Assembly: GCA_963823665.1 (NCBI GenBank) | Contig: CAWGMQ010000008.1 | Location: 1,952,001 to 2,016,000, forward strand | Reading direction: 5' to 3' | Origin: an uncultured Planctomycetota bacterium | Lineage (GTDB): Bacteria; Planctomycetota; Planctomycetia; Isosphaerales; Isosphaeraceae | Length of the DNA stretch: 64,000 bases | Shown here: piece after piece, positions 44,545 to 54,108 of the stretch | Layout of the letters: every line of letters begins with the position of its first letter | Numbering within the stretch: position 1 is the first letter of the stretch | Translations under genes and position numbers: made by a program | The notes under the pieces: generated by a model | The model's input: the letters and a program-made list of their open reading frames with translations, nothing else | Told to the model about the DNA's origin: nothing | Database searches by the model: none

Positions 44545-45062
44545 TCTCCCACTGCGCTGTCTTCCTCGACCGCGACGACGTTTCCTGCTATAACCTAACC
44601 GAGATGGAGATCCTGCCCGGCGTCGCGGAGGCGATCAACCGTTTCAAAGACCCCGGTCTGCTCCGGATAGTGGTCACCAAACAGCCCAACGTCGCCCGCG
44701 GAACAGAGACTCGCGAGGCCATCGGGGCCATGAATCTCGCGCTCGTGGAGCGACTGCCGCTGGATGATGTATTCACTTGCGATCATGATACTCCCGATCG
44801 ATGCTCCTGTCGAAAGCCGTTGCCCGGGGCTTCTCCACCCCAAACCGCCGAGAGGCACGGGATCGATCTGGCCGGGAGTTTCATGGTCGGCGATCGCTGG
44901 AGTGACGCCGTGGCTGGACTGACTGCAGGCTGTCGGACCTTCCTGATCGCCGAGTCCTGCAGCCAGCGCGAGTACCGCGGGCCCGACTTTGAAGTATCGG
45001 ACGTCGCCACCGTCCCCGATGTGATCTCCCAGTTCTTATCCCAAGACACCCCCGAGCGATGA
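44541..45062 (+). CDS. GmhB-like HAD-IIIA phosphatase, possibly degenerate
   Basis: FLDRD, CSCRKPLPG, SFMVGDRWSD; atypical DRDD and TKQ motifs. Confidence 0.75.
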   Translation: MISHCAVFLDRDDVSCYNLTEMEILPGVAEAINRFKDPGLLRIVVTKQPNVARGTETREAIGAMNLALVERLPLDDVFTCDHDTPDRCSCRKPLPGASPPQTAERHGIDLAGSFMVGDRWSDAVAGLTAGCRTFLIAESCSQREYRGPDFEVSDVATVPDVISQFLSQDTPER

Positions 45063-45069
45063 ATCCACC

Positions 45070-45825
45070 ATGTCTCTGATCACGAACCTGCGCACCAAGA
45101 TCTTCGCGGACGGAGCCGAGCTAGCAGGTATGCTTGACATGGCCCAGAAGCCATACATCTCTGGTTTCACGACCAATCCCACGCTGATGCGAAAGGCCGG
45201 CATCACTGACTACCGGGCCTTCGCCAAGCAGGTCGTCGCCGCGATCCCAGACAAACCGATCTCGTTCGAGGTTTTCTCGGACGAGTTCGACGAGATGGAG
45301 CGGCAAGCACAAGAAATTGCCACTTGGGGCCGGGAGGTCTACGTCAAGATTCCCGTGACGAACACCCGGGGCGAATCTGCATGTCCGTTGATCGAGCGGC
45401 TGGCCGCCAGGGAGGTCAAGCTCAACGTCACAGCGCTGATGACCCTCGCACAGGTCCGCGCCGTCTCAACTGCCCTCGAGGCTCACGCCCCGAGTTGCAT
45501 TTCCGTGTTCGCCGGCCGGGTTGCAGACACCGGGCGCGACCCTGTACCGCTGATGTCCGAGGCGGTCGCCGTTATGAGGCCCTATCCGTCACAGCAGCTC
45601 ATCTGGGCCAGCCCACGGGAACTGCTCAACATCTTCCACGCCGACTCGATCGGCTGCCACATCATCACGGTGACCAACGACATCCTGAAGAAGCTGACGC
45701 TGGTCGGCAAGGATCTTTCGGAATACTCTCTCGATACCGTTAAGATGTTCCACGATGACGCCAAGGCGGCCGGATTTAGCCTCAGACCTCCTGATCCGCG
45801 AGCCGAGAGTGATAAAGATAATTGA
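45070..45825 (+). CDS. tal: Transaldolase (short type, linked to heptose loci)
   Basis: KIFADGA, GFTTNPT, VYVKIP, NVTA, SVFAGR, WASPRE. Confidence 0.88.
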   Translation: MSLITNLRTKIFADGAELAGMLDMAQKPYISGFTTNPTLMRKAGITDYRAFAKQVVAAIPDKPISFEVFSDEFDEMERQAQEIATWGREVYVKIPVTNTRGESACPLIERLAAREVKLNVTALMTLAQVRAVSTALEAHAPSCISVFAGRVADTGRDPVPLMSEAVAVMRPYPSQQLIWASPRELLNIFHADSIGCHIITVTNDILKKLTLVGKDLSEYSLDTVKMFHDDAKAAGFSLRPPDPRAESDKDN

Positions 45826-46619
45826 CAGCTGCGGATCCTCTCCAGTGCCGACTTCGACGCCAAGTCGCTCTTGACGGTGGTGTTCTCGGGGGACGGGCGA
45901 CACACCGATCGGGACTCACGATCGGCCCCGCTCGCGCGTGTTATGGCCTGGCTTTCCGGCGCCCAGACGCCCGGACCATCGCCACGATGCCGGCGCGGAC
46001 AGCCTCGGGCAGTCGATCCCACGCCTCGATGACGGCGGTCAAACCGGGGTCATTCGATGCCTGCGCGCTGTCCCTACGCTGTCAACGCGGGTTGTGCTTG
46101 CCCTAACTTCTTGATATTCCTCGTGGTTGCGTCGAGCGAGTCGCGGACTTCGAATCCGCGAGCAGCTTCCTGCGCGGGGCTTCGTCTTGGCGGCTTGGCC
46201 ATCCTCCTTGCAATCCATGAGACCAGGTACGCTTTAGTTGAACAAACCATTGTTTACCTGATGCACAATCCGCGCGCGAAATCCGGATGAACCTTAAATT
46301 CATGGTGAACTCGCACAAGAGGCCAGTCCGAGCACGCGTTTTGATTCGACCGCGTGTTCACAATTAACAAAGAAATCGCGCAAAGCCGTATCCCCAGAGT
46401 TAACAGCCGTATCCATTGAGTGATTGCACTTTTTTTGGAGTGTTTTATGGCCGGGAAGAGGAACCCGTCGCATATTATACACAGACGATGAGGTGAGCCT
46501 GAAGTCGACGCCCGACAGAACGCAGCATGAGAAGTGCGTACCCAAATCACGCAAGGCTATTTAGGAACTGGAACGCAATTCCGGTTGGGTTCCAATGAAT
46601 CCAATCGGAGTCAACATCC

Positions 46620-47152
46620 ATGAACCAGACACACAAGCACTTTGTCCGCGGCGGCCAAACAATGCAAAATCTTCTTCCACGAGCTGCCGCGAAGACCAGT
46701 CCCTTCAAGCGAAAACCCAAATTCGATACGTCAGTCAGCGAGTATGTTTGGCTGTCCGAATCGGATTCTGGTATGAACGCAAGGAAGCCAGTGGTTCGCG
46801 CGAGAAACAGAGTGCAGAAAATTCCCTCTGCAGCCGGTCAGGGGCGACTAGCGTTTCAAATCTTTCCGCAAGCACCGCGATTGGTGCCTTTATTTCCTAT
46901 CGGAAGCTATACGCCTCACTCAAAATGTCGCACTCCGGACCAATCGAACGCGGTTCAGTGTTTTGCTGCATGGTCTGCCATACTTCCGGACAAGACGACC
47001 ATCCTGCGCTCAAGTACAGCCGTGCTGTTGATCTAAACGCCGAACTAGAACACAAGCGCTTGCTGGTAAGCAAAGCATATTCGCAGCAGCCACTATTTAG
47101 TGTCACTCGAAGACAGCGCAGACAGAAGCTATTCGGTGCTCATCCGAGATAA
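46620..47152 (+). pseudogene. Frameshifted Cys/His-cluster hypothetical protein
   Basis: LFPIGSYTPHSKC in one frame continues as HSGPIERGSVFCCMVCHTSG in another. Confidence 0.35.
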
Positions 47153-47336
47153 ATGATCTCAGCGAGACTCCGAGATCGGCTAAACCGACAAACGTTACGC
47201 CAGAATGTCGCGATCGTATGCCGAGAGGATGCCGTAGATTCTTTTGCGATCACACCAGCCGGCGTGATTTCCGATTCGAGGCAAACCAAGACCGGATCTG
47301 ATCGCTTCCGCTATTGTTTACAACCCCGAGAACAAT

Positions 47337-48110
47337 ATGTCCCTCGAAATGCCACCGACTACACTGCTGGCAACGCCAACTTCGACGCCAGCTCCAGTTG
47401 CAGCGCCCCCCCCCAACGTCCCAACACCAACGGCGACTCAAGCCGCCGCCCCGGCGACCGTCACGATCCCGCTCGACCAGCTTAACGCCTTCACGGCGAT
47501 GCAGGCGCGGCTCGTGAAGGTCGAAGAGGAACAACAGAAACGCGAAGCCGCGGTGCGCGAGGAGCAGGTCAAGATTCTCGCCGCCAAAGGGCAGGTCGAA
47601 GAGGCGCTCCGTCAGCAGCGCGAAGAAGCCCAGCGGGCCATCGAGGCCGAGCGGGTGCAGCGCGCCCAGACCGAAGAACGGGCCAAGCGGTACGCCCTGG
47701 ACGGCGAGCTCGCCCGGGCGCTGGGATCGCAACCGCTCGTCCCTGGCGGCGCCGAGCAATTGACGCACCTGCTCCGCGACCATTTCGTCGTTGAGCAGGC
47801 CGGGAACTCGTTCCAGGTTCGCACGCAAGACTTCCGGTCGGTCGGCGACTATATCGGTGCCATGCTCGGCCGCTCCGAGTTTGCCCATTTCCTGCGGGCG
47901 CAGAACCCCGCCGGCGGGACCGGCGGCGTCGGCACGCAGTCGGCTCCGTCGTCGCCGGCCAATCCCGCGGCGCCGGTCGAGCCGAAGAACTTCTCCGAGG
48001 CCGTCCTGATGCAGTACGCCGCGACCGCGAAACAGTCGGCCGACCCGCGGCTTAATCCGACGGTGCCGTTCGGGTTGCGGGGAGTCGGACCGGCGGCGAA
48101 GACGGGCTAA
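47337..48110 (+). CDS. Phage capsid scaffold-like protein
   Basis: P/T/A-rich N-terminus, coiled coil, GG-rich tail; lies upstream of the capsid gene. Confidence 0.65.
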   Translation: MSLEMPPTTLLATPTSTPAPVAAPPPNVPTPTATQAAAPATVTIPLDQLNAFTAMQARLVKVEEEQQKREAAVREEQVKILAAKGQVEEALRQQREEAQRAIEAERVQRAQTEERAKRYALDGELARALGSQPLVPGGAEQLTHLLRDHFVVEQAGNSFQVRTQDFRSVGDYIGAMLGRSEFAHFLRAQNPAGGTGGVGTQSAPSSPANPAAPVEPKNFSEAVLMQYAATAKQSADPRLNPTVPFGLRGVGPAAKTG

Positions 48111-48113
48111 GCG

Positions 48114-48329
48114 ATGCCAACCCCCCAAGCCCAGTGGCTCACTCTGGCGTTCCTCCTACTCGTCTCGGCGACCGTCGTCGCTTACGACGTTTTGATCATC
48201 CGCGCCGCCGGCCCCGACGCTTCGATTTCGCGGGTCCTCGGCCGTCTGCTCGAGCTGCCGTCGGCGTTCGTCGTTTTCGTCTTCTGGCTCGGCGTGCTCG
48301 TCGGGCATGTTTGGGTTCCCGCAAGATAA
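48114..48329 (+). CDS. Small two-TM membrane protein (holin-like)
   Basis: 71 aa with two hydrophobic helices, tight operon spacing. Confidence 0.55.
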   Translation: MPTPQAQWLTLAFLLLVSATVVAYDVLIIRAAGPDASISRVLGRLLELPSAFVVFVFWLGVLVGHVWVPAR

Positions 48330-48404
48330 TCGCCCCTCGAGGGCACTCCGGCCGGGCATCGCAGCCGACCCGAGACCCGTGCACCGCTGCTCTGAGACGT
48401 TCCC

Positions 48405-49586
48405 ATGTCCGCCAATTTCCTTCAAGGGTTCCTCGGCACCCAGCAAGCCGGCATCGAAGCACGGAATGACATCACCGTCGCCGTGCGCAACTGGTTCGCC
48501 AACCGAAACCCGCTCGTGACCCGGCTGCCGTACGTCCCGGTCGAGCGCGTCGACTTCCTGATGTACTCCCACCAGTACCGCAATCGGTCGACCACGCTCG
48601 CCACGGCGATCTCGGCGTCGCACGACGACCGGTCTGGTGCTCGGCGACTCGACGTTCCTGATGAATCACGACGTCCTCGAGCTGGTCGACTCCAACGGGA
48701 CGACCGAGCGTGTCCAGATCAACGGCGACCCGACGTCGTCGCTCGACGATCACGGTCATTCGCGGGGTCGCCGGCACGACCGCGACCACGACGCTGTCAA
48801 CCGCGACCGTCGTCAACCTGATCGGTAACAGCCGGACGGGCGCCGAGGTCAACCAGACCGGCCTGACGACGATCGGCGTGTCCCGCACGCAGTATTGCCA
48901 GACGTTCCAGTTCCCGGTGCAGATCGGCGGCTCGGCCCAGACGGCACGGGCGCAGGTCATGCCGGGCGGCATTCAGTCGCCGTTCGACTTCAACATGACG
49001 ATCCAGCTCCAGAACATGGTCGACGACATCGAGAACACCTGCTATTACGGGATCTCTCAGGCCCCCGTCGACTGCCGCCGGCACGACCGCCAAGATGAAC
49101 GGGCTGCGGTACATCCTGCAGACGAACAACATCAGCCCGGCGACCAGCACGACGCCGACCAACGCCTCGGCCTACGGCTCGACCGACCTGATCCGCGACA
49201 CGCTCCAGGCCGCCCGCAGCGGCGGCGGCGAGCCCGACCTGCTGGTCGTATCGACTAACTTCATGAGCGGCTTCGCGACGTGGGGCCAGGCCGTCCAGCG
49301 CATCCCGGCCGGCGAGACCGTCTTCGGCACGCCGATCAACGTGCTCGAGGCGCCGTTCCTTCACGGCGTGACGATCGTCGAAGCGCCGCTCTTGCGGCCG
49401 TACACCGCGATCGCCCTGACGTCGAGCGAGGTCTACATCCGCAACAAGCGGAACCCGTACTGGAACCTCCGCGGCAACCGCGGCGACATGGTCGAGGGCG
49501 ACTGGATCGCGGAACTGGCGATCGAGGTCGTCAACGAGTCCCACCACGCCTGGGTCGAGGGCATCACGGCCTTCAGCGCAAACTGA
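48405..49586 (+). CDS. Major capsid protein, DUF5309/SU10-like, with three single-base insertions
   Basis: RTQYCQTFQFPVQIGGS, KMNGLRY, GDMVEGDWIAELAIEVVNE; extra bases near 48621, 48742 and 49073. Confidence 0.72.
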
Positions 49587-49638
49587 AGTAGCGTACCGTC
49601 CGTGCCGGCCGACTGCCGGCGGCTGATTAACGGCGACC

Positions 49639-50027
49639 ATGAAGACGCGGCGCCGCGGCGAAATCACCACCCCTACGGAACACCTTATGCTCTGGCGCTT
49701 CCGCGGCACACCCCACTACCTCGGCCAGCAGGCCAGCCGGCTCGGCGTGACTCCGGTCCTCGCCGACCGCGCCCGCAACAACCAGGAAATCTACCGCGTG
49801 TCGGTTCTGCTAGCCCAGCTCTGCGAGCGGTACCACAAGGCCCGCAAGGAAGACGGCCGGCCCGTCCTGCCGCTGACCGAACTGGCGCAGGTCCGCGGGA
49901 CGCTTCAGCAGGCCGAGCAGGAATGCGCCAAGCTGCACGCGCTGGCCGCGACCGCCGCCGACATGATCGACGAGGCGTACCGCGCTTTCGCGACCGAGCA
50001 GCCGCGGCGGCACGTTCCTCGTCATGA
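49639..50027 (+). CDS. Phage-region hypothetical protein (probable frameshift near 50000)
   Basis: Protein-like composition to ~50000; TGA 50025-50027 lies in the neighbouring frame; the ORF-track extension overlaps the next gene. Confidence 0.5.
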
Positions 50028-50116
50028 GCGATTACGACATCCCCACCATTCCGCTACCGCTCGGCGACGGCACCGTCGGGATTTCCGCCGCGGTCGGCGA
50101 CTAAGAGGTACAGCCC

Positions 50117-50869
50117 ATGTCCTACACGGCACCGAGCGTGGTCGCGAGCGGCATCAACTTCGCGACGTTCCAATCCGACGGCGCCTCAGGCCACCTCGAG
50201 GCCCTGATCACCGCCCAGGCCGCGACCGCGGCCCCGACGGCGGCGCCGACGCTTTCCGAAACCGGCTCCGGCGGTACGCTGCCGGCCGCCACGTATTACG
50301 CGGTCATCACGGAGTCGAACGGCTTCGGCGAGACGACCGCCAGTCCGGCCTCGACCGGCCAGGCGATCACGCTCGGCCAGGACCTGGTCGTCACGTTCCC
50401 GACGCTCAAGTCGGGCAACGTGTCGCGCAACACGTATGTCGGCACGGCGAGCACCGGCCCGTTCACGCTGGCCGCGTCCGGCACGACGGCCTCGACGGTG
50501 ACGATCTCCGCGCCACTGCCGATCAACAGCTATGCCGCCGCTCCGCCGACGATCAACACGACCGGATTGACGTACACCGACGCGAACGGGAACGTCCATA
50601 ACCGGCGGCTCGAGCTGCTACGGGCCGTCAAGGACGGCAACCTCGAGATGGTCTACCAGTTCCTGCGGCAGGTCGTCTACGACTTTAATCATGGCATGCC
50701 GATGTCGCTCGCGGGAACGATCTCGCGGTTCCGCGACGCGCATTGCGTGTTCGCCATCCTTTCGACGCTCTGCTCCGAGGCCGGTACGCTCGTCGACGCC
50801 AACGCGGGGACGCTCGGGACGTCGACGAACGTGATCGGGAACGTGACCAACAAACGGACCTGGCCCTAA
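50117..50869 (+). CDS. Virion structural protein
   Basis: GAGG RBS; GGTLPAATYYAVIT..GETTAS beta-rich motif seen in phage structural proteins. Confidence 0.65.
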   Translation: MSYTAPSVVASGINFATFQSDGASGHLEALITAQAATAAPTAAPTLSETGSGGTLPAATYYAVITESNGFGETTASPASTGQAITLGQDLVVTFPTLKSGNVSRNTYVGTASTGPFTLAASGTTASTVTISAPLPINSYAAAPPTINTTGLTYTDANGNVHNRRLELLRAVKDGNLEMVYQFLRQVVYDFNHGMPMSLAGTISRFRDAHCVFAILSTLCSEAGTLVDANAGTLGTSTNVIGNVTNKRTWP

Positions 50870-50872
50870 GAG

Positions 50873-51709
50873 ATGAAGCAACCCAAACCGCTATTCCGCC
50901 GCTCGACCCCGACGACCGAGCACGAGTCAGTCCCGATCCCGCCGCCGGTCGACGTACCGGCGTTCCAGCCCGACCGCCACATCGTGCACGTCCCGGTCGC
51001 CCGGTTCATCGAGCTCGATTGCGACCATTGCCTGCGGGCGCTCGAGCATCAGTACGGCGTCCGGGTCGATCGGTCGAAAGGTTCGTCGGCGATCGATATC
51101 GCCCGCAACATCCGGGCAACCGAGTCGATGGTCGAGGGATTCGAGTCGGTGCTGTTCATCGACTCCGACATGATGTTCGACCCGGCCGACGCCGTGCGGC
51201 TCTTTTGTTCGCCGGAACCGGTGATTGCGGGCCTGTACGCCGCCAAGAAACTCGGCAACGGTCAGGTCAATTGCAACTTCGAGGACGGAATCGACTCCGT
51301 CAAGATCGGGCCGTGGGCCGACGAGCCGTACCCGATCCAGGCCGTCGGCGCCGGCTTCCTGCGGATCAAGACCAGCGCCCTGAAACACGTTGCCAAGACG
51401 CTCAACCTGCCGTACTGCAACATGGCCGAGCGGCGGGCCTACCCGTTCTTCCAGCCGATGATCGTCGAGATGGACGGCGTGCCGTGCTACCTCGGCGAAG
51501 ACTACAGCTTCATTCACCGTTGCCGCCTGGCCGGGCTGCGGCCCGTCGTCGACACGTCGTTTCGGCTCTGGCACATCGGCGATTACGCCTTCGGGATCGA
51601 AGAAGCCGGCGGCCAGTACATCGAGCGAAGCCGCAACCTGCTTTATCAGATCGGCCGCCAAAAACTCGGCAACGACCCGCGCGATACGGCGCCGCCTTCA
51701 TTGGATTGA
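50873..51709 (+). CDS. GT-A fold glycosyltransferase-like protein
   Basis: LFIDSDMMF (DxD), GAGFLRI, LGEDYSF, HIG. Confidence 0.75.
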   Translation: MKQPKPLFRRSTPTTEHESVPIPPPVDVPAFQPDRHIVHVPVARFIELDCDHCLRALEHQYGVRVDRSKGSSAIDIARNIRATESMVEGFESVLFIDSDMMFDPADAVRLFCSPEPVIAGLYAAKKLGNGQVNCNFEDGIDSVKIGPWADEPYPIQAVGAGFLRIKTSALKHVAKTLNLPYCNMAERRAYPFFQPMIVEMDGVPCYLGEDYSFIHRCRLAGLRPVVDTSFRLWHIGDYAFGIEEAGGQYIERSRNLLYQIGRQKLGNDPRDTAPPSLD

Positions 51710-51712
51710 CGC

Positions 51713-52108
51713 ATGCCGAAACCGCAACTCACCCGCCGCCAGCGCTGGGCGCCCTACGTCCGGCAGCTCGGCGACATCCTACGTCTACGCGACTGGCGGC
51801 TCGAGGTCGCCGAGGACGCGCCGGCCGATCCGACCGCGATCGCGTCGTGCTGCCCCGTCGATGGCCGCAAGTATGGCGTCATACGTCTTGGCGAGTCATT
51901 CCTGACTGACGATCCGGCGGAACAGCGGCACACACTGGCTCACGAACTCATGCACTGTCACCTTGGCCCGATGTGCCGAATGATCGAAGCACATGACGGA
52001 ATGCCGCCGGCCGCCAAGCTGGCGATGGAATACTGCGTCGACGGCCTGGCCGACGCGATCGCGCCGCTTCTCCCGTTACCGCCGGCAAGCACCCGCTCCC
52101 AATACTGA
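51713..52108 (+). CDS. Small HExxH metallopeptidase-like protein
   Basis: TLAHELMHCH with downstream E. Confidence 0.7.
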   Translation: MPKPQLTRRQRWAPYVRQLGDILRLRDWRLEVAEDAPADPTAIASCCPVDGRKYGVIRLGESFLTDDPAEQRHTLAHELMHCHLGPMCRMIEAHDGMPPAAKLAMEYCVDGLADAIAPLLPLPPASTRSQY

Positions 52109-52120
52109 AAGGACCATCCA

Positions 52121-52465
52121 ATGGCCAACGTAGAACGCGGAGTCGTCAAGGGCTCCAACATGGAAGGCGCCGGCGGCGACCGGCGCGCTAACGGCTTCAT
52201 GCCGCTCGGCGGCGGCGCCGCGACCGTGCACCCCGCCAACCGCGGCGCCGGCGGCGACCGACGGGCCGGCTCGTTCCCGCTGACCGCGGGCGGCGCCGGC
52301 ATCACGCCGCCGAATCACCGGTTCGACGTCGGGATGGTCAAGATGCCGCAGCCCGAGTCGGCGATCGAGCCGGGCAAGGGAACCGTCCCCGTCAACCCGT
52401 TCCTGCCCGGCGGCGCCGCGGCGCGGGTCGCGGGGCAGGTTGCGGATGAGGGAAAGCCGCGTTGA
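52121..52465 (+). CDS. Gly-rich hypothetical protein with duplicated GAGGDRRA motif
   Basis: AAGGA RBS; 114 aa. Confidence 0.6.
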   Translation: MANVERGVVKGSNMEGAGGDRRANGFMPLGGGAATVHPANRGAGGDRRAGSFPLTAGGAGITPPNHRFDVGMVKMPQPESAIEPGKGTVPVNPFLPGGAAARVAGQVADEGKPR

Positions 52466-52549
52466 TTTTAGATTTCGGATTTTAGATTTGCGATTGAAAG
52501 AAGACGATGACTTCCCTAATCCAAAATCCAAAATCGCAAATCCAAAATC
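52464..52549. repeat. Heptamer-repeat palindrome (GATTTTA/G)n..(CAAAATC)n
   Basis: 4-5 seven-base units facing their complements. Confidence 0.85.
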
Positions 52550-53070
52550 CAGCAGCTCCGAACCCGGAACTGCTAAGGGCTCTCCGCCCCGAGGCCGACC
52601 GCGCCGCCGGCATCGTCGCCCGGCGACTGGCCGACGCGAAGACCCACGCCGCCGCCGGCAACCTGCCGACGGCGAACCGGCGGCTGGCCGAGCTGACCGA
52701 GTCGTTATCGCGGCACGTCGCCGATACCCGCGGCCATTTCTACCGGGCGGCGTTCGCGCAGCATCGGCGGAACGGGCTCGACCCGGCGATCCACCAGGTC
52801 GACCTGACGCCTGACCCGGAAGGGGAGGCCGTCGTTCGCAAGACGCCGGTCCTCGGCCGAAATTACGTCGCCGACTTCCTCGATATCGTCGCCGACGCCG
52901 AAGCGGGGCTCCAAGCGGCCGTCCTGGCCGGCGGCGGCGATTACCTCGAGGCCTGGGAGGCCGAGCACTCCGACCGGCTGACGGGACGGGCGACGGCGGA
53001 GCTATCGAACAGTCAAATTGCGATCTTTGAAGCGGTCGGGCAAATCTTGGTGAAGCCAGAGTTCCGATAA
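52507..53070 (+). CDS. Phage-region hypothetical protein
   Basis: 187-codon ORF with GC3-rich codons; N-terminus reads through the heptamer repeat. Confidence 0.6.
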   Translation: MTSLIQNPKSQIQNPAAPNPELLRALRPEADRAAGIVARRLADAKTHAAAGNLPTANRRLAELTESLSRHVADTRGHFYRAAFAQHRRNGLDPAIHQVDLTPDPEGEAVVRKTPVLGRNYVADFLDIVADAEAGLQAAVLAGGGDYLEAWEAEHSDRLTGRATAELSNSQIAIFEAVGQILVKPEFR

Positions 53071-53136
53071 GGTTATATCCTTTGTCAGTTATCAGCCGCA
53101 CCTTGCGGCTGGTTCAACCTCATTCGGAGTTACCAG

Positions 53137-53373
53137 ATTGCAACGAAGATCAGATCGAAAACGTCGGTAGGTCGCCAGACGACCAAAGCCAGCCGCGGCG
53201 GCGCCAGCGCCACCGCCGCGAAGAAAAGGAGCATGGCAAGTGCGACTCGAACAGCGGCCCAGATGAACAAGGGCGCCGTCGGCGCCAGCCCGAAGTCGAA
53301 GCCGATCGCTCGACCGTCCTGCGGAACGAAGACCGGCGGCGGCAAGGCTCCGGGCGGCAAGCGGGGATGCTAA
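53137..53373 (+). CDS. Highly basic 78-aa protein with ATT start (absent from ORF track)
   Basis: GGAG 7 nt before ATT; K/R/A/G/S/T-rich with no acidic residues; TAA at 53371. Confidence 0.55.
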   Translation: MATKIRSKTSVGRQTTKASRGGASATAAKKRSMASATRTAAQMNKGAVGASPKSKPIARPSCGTKTGGGKAPGGKRGC

Positions 53374-53458
53374 AGCGCGACTACTGACGCGCAACCTTCG
53401 GGTCACGTATGAGCCGGCCGGGTACGTTCCCGGCCGGCGCCTTTCGCGGGAGAATTTG

Positions 53459-54091
53459 ATGAAACGCCGCACGCTTTTCGGTCTGCCGCTCATCGGGCTT
53501 TTCGGCTTCTGGCCGCGGCGGTGGGGCGCCGACGAACCGCTCCCCGTACCGCCCGCCGCGCCGATCGAGCCGTACATGGCGTGGGCTCGGCTGCGGTCGA
53601 GGACCGGGCCGACGATGGATCGGCTCATCGACCTGGCGGAGAACGACCCGCACGCCCGCGGCGATTACGATCGTTTGCTCAGCATGGCACTTCAACAAGT
53701 CGGTGTGCCGCTCCTCGGCCACGAGTCGACCAATCTCGGCATCATCTACCACTGCGGCGAAATACCAGCCGCTCCATTCGGCCATAGGAAGGCGCTGAAT
53801 ACGAAGGGCGTCGTCCGTCCCCGTCCCCGAATCGCTGCTCTCCTACTTCCGGCCCGAGAACCGCGGCGAAGACTTTCCGCGGGGCGTGCCATACAAACAC
53901 ATGCCGTGAGGCAATACCGATGGCCGACAAACACTCCCACTGGATCGGACTCGCACACCTCGACAAAGGCGCCTTGCGCCGCGAGACGCACACCGCCGCC
54001 GGTAAGGACATCAGCGAGAAGCGGCTTCACGCCGCAGCGCACTCGAAGAACGGGACGATCCGCAAACAGGCCGAGCTGGCCGAGACGCTGA
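53459..54091 (+). CDS. Hypothetical protein with twin-Arg-like N-terminus; 3' end uncertain
   Basis: MKRRTLFGLPLIGLFGFW; the 3' part overlaps the next gene. Confidence 0.4.
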   Translation: MKRRTLFGLPLIGLFGFWPRRWGADEPLPVPPAAPIEPYMAWARLRSRTGPTMDRLIDLAENDPHARGDYDRLLSMALQQVGVPLLGHESTNLGIIYHCGEIPAAPFGHRKALNTKGVVRPRPRIAALLLPAREPRRRLSAGRAIQTHAVRQYRWPTNTPTGSDSHTSTKAPCAARRTPPPVRTSARSGFTPQRTRRTGRSANRPSWPRR

Positions 54092-54108
54092 AGAACCTGC
54101 ACCGCTAA
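53920..54108 (+). CDS. Small basic phage protein
   Basis: GAGG RBS; WI..KGAL..I...L.AAA...G..RKQAELAETLK resembles a small basic phage protein family. Confidence 0.65.
   Translation: MADKHSHWIGLAHLDKGALRRETHTAAGKDISEKRLHAAAHSKNGTIRKQAELAETLKNLHR

Larger units (their letters stand above)
40613..46432. repeat. 83-bp inverted repeat pair (40613-40695 and 46350-46432)
   Basis: Ungapped manual alignment, 69/83 identical. Confidence 0.9.
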
